Below are positions 40,955-51,300 of a stretch of DNA of 64,000 bases, one piece after another; positions within the stretch are counted from its first letter, which is position 1, and every line of letters starts with the position of its first letter. Source of the stretch: Tubulanus polymorphus. Taxonomy: Eukaryota > Animalia > Nemertea. Both the position numbers and the translations under genes were made by a program. The DNA lies in the NCBI RefSeq assembly GCF_964204645.1, contig NC_134032.1:15054275-15118274 (forward strand). Reading direction: 5' to 3'. The notes beneath the pieces were generated by a model. It searched no databases. It was not told where the DNA came from and saw only the letters and a program-made list of their open reading frames with translations.

Positions 40955-42916
40955 TGATTGCACAATCGTCCATCAAATAAGAGTACTCGATTTTTGAATG
41001 TTGCAGGAATGAGGACTCTACGTTCGACTCTGGGAATCGATGATTCCACTCGTGGCAAGCGAGGATCCACCAGGTTCGCTAGTGTGCATTCAGATATTCG
41101 TAAAATTCACCCTATATATGAGCCTAAAGATCATCTGAGTTAATGTTTTTAATGAAAAGTTCGCATTGGAGTTACGAACAGGATTGAGATCATTGTGAGT
41201 AGTAAAAAAAACCGCGCATTCTGAAAGAAAAAAACCAGAAATGATTTCCTTCATTTTTAATGATTCATTTTCAACGTCTCCACTACAATCGCATTCATCT
41301 TCAGGAATCACAAAATCCAAAACTAAAGGAATCTTTTCTTTTTTCTGTCTGAATTTGGTATTTTCTACGGCTAAACGCGGACTCAAATAGTGAACGGACG
41401 TTTTTTCTAGTTGTCCTATTGCGCAGTTGAATGATTTGAAATTGAAAAATTCGCTTGATTCGAACGATTTGAAGTATTTTGTTTTGAGTCATCACCGATC
41501 GCCAACAATAAGCGGGTAAGTTAATAGTAAAGGGGGTAAGTTTACAGAAAGGGGTAATTTCACAGTAAAAGGGTTGAGTTTACAGTGAAAGGGTTGAGTT
41601 TACAACAAGAGAAATGAGTTCAAAATATGGGGATTAAGTTATATGACGCTTTGTCGTGGTTTGGGTTTCATCGAAACATTTTTATGTGATCTATTGAGCA
41701 CCGCACACAATCAACCGTTATAAAAATGGTCACCAGGCAGCCACATTGAGTTCACTCTCATAATATCTCAGGACCAAGTGAGCATAAGGTTTAATTCGGT
41801 GCCCAAAATTGCTAGAAAACGGTTTATTTGAATCAAAATGGCCACCATCATCCCCATCTCTCTCCTTCCCCCACTCGCGTCCTCTCTCCCCATGCCCCCC
41901 CTCTCTCTCTCTCTAGGACGAGAGTTTTGTTTTTGTGTAGTCGAGTGCATGTAGGTCTACTTTTAAAATATATATATATCTATCTATACTAAATAATTCA
42001 AATATATGTATTTGATTTCAATGTAACACGAAACGTATGCGTTCATAGGTCATTAGCCGCCCCTGCCGGAGAGGGGGAGAGGGGGGAGGGGGTCTTTGTG
42101 CCACGATCTACTGATGATATCCATTAGTTTAGAAATCTTTTGATCAGGATGACACAAAAGCGCCCGCATTTTAATTAAGTAAGAATATTTGAAATTAAAC
42201 GAATAGACCTATTCAACTGCGTTTCTGGGTCACAACTGCCAAATTGGACCCAGAAATGTAATAATGTGCCCAAAACTACAGTCCTTGGTCCAAAACTGCT
42301 GTATCTGGTGCAGAATTGAAAAATTCGGTCCAAAAACAACGAAATTGGGCCTAGATCCCGATCTCGAACCGGACCGCGCCCGGAAATAAAAACACGTGAG
42401 AAGAAAGCCAGACCGTGAAAAACAGGAAACAGAGATTTAATATTTCATCATTGATCGCTGTTTATAATTGGACGATCGATCACACACCGTATTAACAGCA
42501 GCCGGTGACAGTCACAGGCAGGCGTCGCGGGGGGTCGCGGCTTATTGTCAAAAAGGCCACAGCATTAGACATGATTACCGGGTGAGCGATTGTAGTGTTA
42601 CTCCTGTATAGAGCGGTACAGTTATATTCATTGTTTCAGTTAAACCATCTTGCGTTAGTCTCAGCATCTAGACAACCTCTCAACCTCTCAACCTCCCTCA
42701 CTACCCTCCTCGCCTTTACATCGTCTATTCAGCATCAGCAAACTCTAAATTAGTATCAGTAATTACTGGGTTCGAGCCCGGGACACCCCTGTACATCCTC
42801 CATACATCATCAGGACCTGATGCTGAATAGGACATGTACAGGGGTTCGAACCCGGTCTATTGACACTGTTTCTGAGCGGTTATGATGCTGATTAAAGGAT
42901 GTACACGGGTGTCTCG

Positions 42917-43095
42917 ACCGTACGGTGCTGTCGCTAAGCTCATCGTTAGCGGGTTTTTCATACACTAACGTAACGTCAACTCTGGCAATCGAAGTACTCT
43001 CCAGTAATACTCCGTAACCCTTGCTTGCCAGAGTTGACTAACGTTAGTGTATGAAAATCACGCTAACAATGAGCATAGCGGCAGCACCGTACGGT
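42917..43095. mobile_element. Solo, better-paired copy of the fold-back element
   Basis: accgtacggtgctg...cagcaccgtacggt; flanked by diverged 85-bp monomers (42715-42900, 43117-43195); a terminal fragment also at ~56966. Confidence 0.8.
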
Positions 43096-43314
43096 GAAAT
43101 GTTGATATCTTAATAAAGTTATTACTGACACTGATGTGGTCCTGATGCTGAATAGAGGATGTACAGGGGTGTCCCGGGTACGAACCCAGTAATTGAATTA
43201 GAATAGACCTGATTTGTCCATAAAAACCTAGGAATTTCGAATTTATTCCTAAGATACCAAATTCCTCGTCTAAACTAAACTCGCCCCTAGTGGTTTATAA
43301 AGACGACTGACACC

Positions 43315-43317
43315 TCT

Positions 43318-43353
<36 letters not shown>

Positions 43354-43357
43354 TTTT
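43315..43357. repeat. (CTTT)n microsatellite
   Basis: Direct reading. Confidence 0.9.
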
Positions 43358-43738
43358 TCTGTTTTGAAACTCATCTATATAAAACTGTTTCAAATAACAG
43401 ATAACTCTTTCGTCTTCGGTATTCGGTATTTCTAATTCATATCATTTTAAAGTGTAAATCATCATTTGGATAAAGTCGTCACATGACTGAAGTCATTTCT
43501 ATTTTTGAGTCCCAATTTATATTTTTAATACTAAATGTAAATCGTCATTTGTAAAAACAGATTCCTACGACTTTCACTCAAAGAAACGTTTTACTCTTTA
43601 CATTTGAATAAGTCTATTTTGCTGCAGTCGTCAAGAACCGTCAAAGATCTCACGTGTTTTACTGTGATAAATATTCCATTTTTCAGTTTTATAAATTTCA
43701 AACATTCACGAATAATCGATGAACTAATGAGCTACGTC

Positions 43739-44471
43739 ATGTACCGGAAGTTGTCATTGTTGACGTTGCTCGTCTGTTGCGCGACCGTTGTTGCCGGTGA
43801 CTACGAGAATCCGATTGCCGACGAAGATGTAGGTGACAAGAAAACCATTGTTGAACTTGTTTATTCGAACTCTGCCATGGTAACCGAAAATCCATAAACC
43901 ACAGGGGCTCGTGTCTGGGTACAGCCTGGATTTAACAGATTATCATGCTTGCAGTAACAGCACCTCTGATACGAGCCCTTGTGATATCAAACCACATTTT
44001 CTAATGAGTAGAATTGGTTAATTAGTAGGTTCCGAATTTTCTAATTAGTAAAAACGGTGAACTCGACGTTTTTGGATCATATCGCCCTCTACAGGTGGCA
44101 AATCGAATCAATCTAATTAAATCTAATTAATTATTTTAATACGAACTAATTATTTGTAAATACTTAATTTTCCTCTATTGTTGGAATAATAAGAGCCGAC
44201 CACGACAGCTGTCAGAACTATCGCTAGTGAGATTGCGATCCGATAGATGGCGAACTAGTCGATGAGTGATCTGTGTATCCGTTCTTGTTTCAGTCTCAGT
44301 TGAGTGAATGTGATTTGAAGAACTACGTGTGCCGTACATTGATGAGAATATCGAGAGATGAAACAGATTCAGAAACGAGCGAAGATCAAGAGAATTTTAA
44401 ATGTGAAATGTGTTCCTCGATTTGGGATGAATCCGACGGCTATTCCTTAACGTGGACCTCCTACGAAAGAC
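43739..44471 (+). CDS. Partial gene (2 exons seen) for a secreted Cys-rich protein, resembling Argos/giant-lens and U-scoloptoxin(11)-like proteins
   Basis: Exon 43739-43828 MYRKLSLLTLLVCCATVVAGDYENPIADED|gtaggt (signal peptide; alternative in-frame ATG at 43727); exon 44294-44471 tttcag|SQLSECDLKNYVCRTLMRIS...FKCEMCSSIWDESDGYSLTWTSYER|gtaagt; phases match. The family call rests on recalled motif C..WD..DG.S.TW. No clear third exon, so it may be a pseudogene. Confidence 0.6.
43900..43983. mobile_element. Tiny TIR element in intron of the secreted-protein gene
   Basis: cacaggggctcgtgtc ... gatacgagcccttgtg inverted ends. Confidence 0.5.
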
Positions 44472-44613
44472 GTAAGTAGAAGTCTTAAGATTTCAGAGAT
44501 AACTCACTTACCAGGGCTTGGGATGGGGATTGTCATTGATTGACTTGACCAGTATCCAGTAAGAAGGGATTAAGAAAAAATCCTTAGCCAGTGCCCAGTA
44601 CATCAAACACCAG

Positions 44614-44812
44614 AGGCCAGTTCCAAACGTACCCTTAAATCTTAAAACTGGTCTTAAGTTGTTAGATTGGCTATAGAACTAAGTTGGTCTTAGACTGGTC
44701 ATATAAGTCTAAGACAAAGACCAAAAGTTAGTTCTATAGAAAATCAAACAACTTAAGATCGGTCTTAAAGATTTAAAACTACGGACTTAAGTCACGACTG
44801 TGAAACTGGCCC
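44614..44812. mobile_element. Palindromic MITE, PIF/Harbinger-like
   Basis: Ends aggccagtt / aactggccc, flanked on both sides by cag (3-bp CWG TSD); long internal inverted symmetry. Confidence 0.7.
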
Positions 44813-45374
44813 CAGTGACCAATTGCCCAAACATTGATTAAACAATGGATTCTGGAGTCCATGGTCAAAGTTTAGCGGTGGACAGTTCATTAAGTGACAA
44901 TTGAAATTGAATTGTTACTATTATTGTCGACCCGTTAATTCTAAAACAATGTTTGAACAACTGGCTCCAAAACGACAAAAATATATATCGAACAAAACGA
45001 CTGTTATTGTTATATTCAAATTCTGTAGTCAAGTAAATATGATTCTTTTCATTTGTTAGTCTTTGCTTATACAATATAACAATATACAAATACTTGAAAA
45101 TACTGTGAAAATAATCTATACACACTATATGGTGCTCTGGCAGTCGAGGAATTTCAAAATTCAAACTATATTTTCGTTTATATCAGAGTTCTTGAAATTC
45201 ATTACACTTCATAAAGTTACATTTATACAACACAACAGCCACTGTAGATTCCTGACCTCTACTACAATGTAGTTATCTTCTGAAGAGTTTCTGATATCTG
45301 TGACAAAGTCGTCATCTTATAGAGAGTTTCTGTAACAGTGTAGTCATCTTCTTGTAGCATTCCTGAATCTGAGC

Positions 45375-48300
45375 TTAGTCCATTGTTCCATTATCATCTA
45401 TATATCATAAAGAAAAGATAAAAAATAAATTCGAGCGTTGAGTTCATAATATAAGCGCGTAAATCCAGGAAAGGTTGCTTATGACAACCTAGGTTAGTAT
45501 CCGCCCCTGAAACCCAACCTTACTTTTCCCTATACTGAAAACTTTTGAAAGGTTGAGTCCGACCCACACCATCAACCTGTCTCACTGAACCCATGGCTTA
45601 CATACATGTAACCGGCAATGTTTATGGGGGACCTCACTTTCTCTTTTGGTACTACATTATTTTTGTGTCGTGCCCTACGCATCTACTAACCTAATTGTGG
45701 TCTTATGCCATCTGCAACAACGTAGGTATCTTCTGGAGGGTTTCTGATATCTGGGACAACGTAGGTATCTTCTGGGGGGTTTCTGACACCTGCGACAACG
45801 ACGTAATCATCTTCTGAAGAGTTTCTTGCATCTGGAACAATGTAGGTATCTTCAGGAGTGTTCCTGACACCTGCGACAACGACGTAGTCATCTTCTGGAG
45901 GATTCCTGACACCTGCGACAACGACGTAGTCATCTTCTGTTGAGTTTCTTGCATCTGGAACAATGTAGGTATCTTCAGGGGGATTCCTGACACCTGCGAC
46001 AACGTAGGTATCTTCTGTAGAGTACCTAACATCTGGGCCAACGTAGTCATCTTCTGGAGAGATCCTGTCGTCAGCTGAAGTAGTTGTTGGCTGAAAATAA
46101 ATCGGTAAACAATTAGGCCTAATAATATATTCGCAAATAAAAAAAATTGAAAACAATAGAAATGTATTATTTATATTGACAAACCTTAAGTGCAACAATG
46201 TAGGTATCTTCTGGAGGGTTCCTGACACCTGTGAAAATGTAGGTATCTTCTGGAGGGTTCATGTCATCTGGGCCAACGTAGTCATCTTCAGGGGGATTCC
46301 TGACACCTGCGACGATGTAGGTATCTTCTGTAGGGTTAGAGACACCTGCAACAACATAGGTATCTTCTGGAGTGTTCCTGATATTTGGGACAACGACGTA
46401 GTCATCTTCTGCAGAGTTTCTGACACCTGCGACAACGTATGTATCTTCTGAAGAGTTTCTTGCATCTGGAACAATGTAGGTATCTTCAGGAGTGTTCCTG
46501 ACACCCGCGACAACGACATAATCATCTTCTGGAGGATTCCTGACACCTGCGACAATGTAGGTATCTTCTGGAGGGTTCATGACATCTGGGCCAACGTAGT
46601 CATCTTCTAGAGGGTTCCGGACACCTGCGACAATGTAGGTATCTTCTGGAGGGTTCCTGACACCCGCGACAAGGTTGTCATCTACGTCATCATCTGAGTT
46701 CCATACATCTACATCATCATCTGTAGAGTTCCATGCATCTACGTCATCATCTGTAGCGTTCCTTACATCTACGTCATCATCTGTAACGTTCCTGACACCT
46801 GCGACAACGACATCTACAATATCTACATCATCGTAGATTTCACCGTCATCTATGTCTTCGTAGATACCGTCCTGTGTTGTGTAGATCCTACCACCAACTC
46901 CAGAAGACGAAGGCTGAAAATAAATCGGTTAAAAAATTTACAAAATATTCACAAATAAAATAAAATTTAAAAAACAATGTGAATGTATTTATATTAACGA
47001 ACCTGATAGCACATTGCCCCTGGATCGGTCGTGTTGTTACCTAAACAATAATAGAATGTTAGATGAAATATTACATGTATTTATTCTTATTCAAAGAACT
47101 TCCTGTTCCCAAAATCAAGTCAGATTATATTCTGGAGCACTCAGTTTCATTGTTATCATTTCTAATTTGACGTAAATCCCCCAAACACGCTTTCACTCAA
47201 CCCCGTTTAATAGTAAAATGATAAATAACAAACCAGTATTTCTGTTTCTCACGTTCCTCCGCTGTCTGATCAACACGGCGATGGCTATAGCAGCCACTAT
47301 TACTAGAATCAGGAAACCGATCCCGAAAACAACTGTCAAATAACTGATTCTATCTGTATCCGTATCTGTATCTGTATCTGTATCTGAAATACAGATTATG
47401 AAACTCATCTATATCAAACAGGTTCAAATTACAGACTTAAGTTTACATATTTAAATTCTACTATTTTCACCTTTAACCCGCCATAGAAGTTTAAACCCAG
47501 CATTACTTCTAGAGTTGTCTGATGTAAACTGTATTGTAATATTTCCAGTGTGGGATCGATTACCTGGAGCAGCCGACCCGCAATACAGATTATAGCCTGG
47601 TGAAGAAATAAATAATGATAAAACTTTATGAATCATAAAAATCATTCACGTTGTGAAGAGTGTTAAGATTTTTACCGGTTTCACTTTTTATCGTCAACGC
47701 GTCCCAGCAACGACCTTTACTTGTCTGTATATGAAAATTTGACTCAAACGATATTTCAACCATCTGCAAAAATATAAATGTAATTCAAAAGTGATCAATT
47801 GTATTGTCAGCAGAATGTAGGACCCGTTTCAGTAGTTCAGTTTCAACTTTAACCCGGAGTTATCAGTTGAACTAAACCCCGGAATAAAGTTAAAACTGAT
47901 TCTAATCCCAATGAACCTCGTGCAGAAAATCTGACGACTTCATTTTTTCCTAAGACCAACATTTCACAATTATTATTCATATATTTACCGTGTTTTCAGG
48001 TGCTTGGATTAACCAGCTACAGTCGATATTGTCATTATAGCTGTTCGGGTAGTTAGGGCTGGATATGACGCCTGATCTACCATTCTGTATTATAGGTGTT
48101 TTACTACATGAATCAACTACAAATAAATATTGAATTGAATTGTTTTATATGTGATTTACTGATTCCATGATCAACTTCTCATTATGCTCAGCTACCTTTC
48201 ACAAATTTCCAACAGAGTTCAAACCCTTTATGGTAGGTACTAGACCTGTCTGATGTAAACCGGATGTCTACCTCACTGGTATAGTTACGTGTAGGTGGCG

Positions 48301-51300
48301 CTGTATTGCCGCAATATACATCACGATCTGCATTAAAGATAAACACACAAATTAATGATACATTTTTAGCTGGATTTGAAAACACAAATCTATCAGTAGC
48401 AGCCACACCGCAATATTCAACACTCCCTGATGATGAAATAAATCTGATAAAATTTTATGAATCATAAAAATCATTTACGTTGTGAATAGTGTTTAGATTT
48501 TTACCGGTTTCACTTTTTATCGTCAACGCGTCAAAGCAATTATCACCAGTTTTGGCCCCAATACCGAAATTCGAGTCAAATGATATTTCAACAATCTGTA
48601 AAAATATAAGAATTAAGATTAATAATTGTTGATTATAATTCAAAGTGAACCGTCGTATTGTTTGCAGAGTGCAGGACCCGTTTGTATGGATCAGTTTTAA
48701 CTTTAATCCAGAGTTATCAGTTCAAAACTAAACCTCGGGTTAAAGTTAAAACTGAATTCAGCCGCCATTGAGCTCGAACTAGTGCAGTAAACCCGACATC
48801 ATTTTTCTCATAGACCAAATATTTACCGTGTTTCCAGGTACTGCAATTAACCATCTACAGTCCAGCCTGCGGTAGTACTTGTTCGGGTAGTTAGGGCTGG
48901 ATAGGACGCCTGATCTACCATTCTGTATTATAGGTGTTTTACTACATGAATCAACTACAAATAAATATTGAATTGAATTGTTTTATATGTGATTTACTGA
49001 TTCCATGATAAACTTCTCATTATGCTCAGCTACCTTTCACAAATTTCCAATGGAGTTCAAACCCTTTATGGTAGGTACTAGACCTGTCTGATGTAAACTG
49101 GATGGCTACCTCACCGGAATAGTAGCGTGTAGGTGGCGCTGTATTGCCACAATATACATCACCATTTTCTGCTGTAAAAATAAACACACAAATCAATGAT
49201 AGATTTTCTAGCTGGATTTGAAAATATACATCAGGAGCCACCAAATAAATCTGATAAAATTTTATAAATCATAAAATTCATTCACGTTGTGAATAGTGTT
49301 TAGATTTTTACCGGTTTTACTTTTTATCGTCAACGCGTCCCGGCAACTATCACCAGTTTTGGCCCCAATACTGAAGTTCGAGTCAAATGATATTTCAACA
49401 ATCTGTAAAAATATAAGAATTAAGATTAATAATTGTTGATTATAATTCAAAGTGAACCGTCGTATTGTTTGCAGAGTGCAGGACCCGTTTGTATAGATCA
49501 GTTTTAACTTTAATCCAGAGTTATCAGTTCAAAACTAAACCTCGGGTTAAAGTTAAAACTGAATTCAGCCGCCATTGAGCTCGAACTAGTGCAGTAAACC
49601 CGACATCATTTTCTCATAGACCAAATATTTACCGTGTTTCCAGGTACTGCAATTAACCATCTACAGTCCAGCCTGCGGTAGTACTTGTTCGGGTAGTTAG
49701 GGCTGGATAGGACGCCTGATCTACCATTCTGTATTATAGGTGTTTTACTACATGAATCAACTACAAATAAATATTGAATTGAATTGTTTTATATGTAATT
49801 TACTGATTCTATGATCAACTTCTCACTAATGACCTACCTTTCACAAACCACCACAGCAGTTTAAACCCACTGTAGCTACCATAGCTGCCTGATGTAAACC
49901 GGATGATTACACGACCGGTATAGTTACGTGTAGGTGGCGCTGTATTGCCACAATATACATTCACTGTAAGAATAAACACACAAATCAATGATATTTTTTA
50001 GCTGGATTGGAAAACACAAATCTATCAGTAGCAGCCACACCGCAATATTCAATACTCCCTGATGATGAAATAAATCTGATAAAACTTTATGAATCATAAA
50101 AATCATTAACGTTGTGAATTTTTACCGGTTTCACTTTGTATCGTCAACACGTCCCAGCACCGACCGTAACTTTTGGGCTCTATGCTAAAATTCGAGTCGA
50201 ATGATAATTCAACCACCTTAAAAACAATATAAGAATTTAGAATTTAAATATCATTCAAAAAGTGAGCAATCGTAAAATATAGGACCCGTTCATATAGATC
50301 AGTTTAAACTTAAACCCGGAGTTACGTATCAGTTCAGAACTTAACCCCGGATTAAAGTTAAAACTGTTTTGACCAAATATTTACCGTATTTTCAGGAGCT
50401 ACAATCGCCCAGCTACAGTTCAGTCCGTGGTAGTAGTTGCCCGGGTAGTTAGGGCTGGATAGGACGCCTGATCTACCATTCTGTATTATAGGTGTTTTAC
50501 TACATGAATCAACTACAAATAAATATTGAATTGAATTGTTTTATATGTAATTTACTGATTCTATGATCAACTACTCATTATGAGCTACCTTTCAAAAACC
50601 GCCAGAACAGTTTAAACCCTTTGTAGCTATTAGAGCTGTCTGATTTAAACTTGATGATTACATCTCCGGAATAGTAACGTGTAGGTGGCGCTGTACTGCC
50701 ACAATATACATCACCATTTCCTGCTGTAAAAATAAACACACAAATCAATGATATATTTTTAGCTGGATCTGAAATCAATTAACTGAATAAATCAAATATA
50801 TTCCTTAATTTATTCATTTGACATCGAGTCTGAAATAGAATGATTCGATTCTTACTGGAATAGTCTGTGTATATTATGTATAATTTGTCACGGCAATTAT
50901 GAGTATCACTGGTCGTATTGGAATCCACTTCGAAGATAGGATCAAACGATATTTCTACTTTCTGGGAATAGAAATAATCATGATTCATTATTATTCAAAT
51001 GCGTTCAAACCCTCTATTACTTGTAACACGGTTATTTAAGGGCTACAGGTAGAATTTAGGAACAAACATGATTCAACTTTTTGAAATAAAAATAATTGAA
51101 TTTATCAATGATCAAATATTTTCACACCATTCTGACTGTCATTAGGGGTTACCCGTTATGGGGTCATCCTTATTAACGAGATGATGTATTTTACCGAGAT
51201 GAACCGAGATCAACCGAGATGAAATTAAATATAACATATTTATTTATTCCTTATCGATTTTAACACTTGAAATCATGTTATATCAGTAATAAATACCTTC

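Noticed and set aside
45703-46555. Alternative-frame ORFs (QKIPTLSQVSG repeats; + strand Cys-rich ORF)
   Set aside because: Shadows of the 39/42-nt coding repeat; splice phases select the ED[T/D]Y frame.
45691-46913. Canonical ITIM/ITAM motifs
   Set aside because: Y-2 residue is D/E/G rather than I/V/L/S, and paired YxxL/I spacing is absent except loosely in IYEDI/IYDDV.
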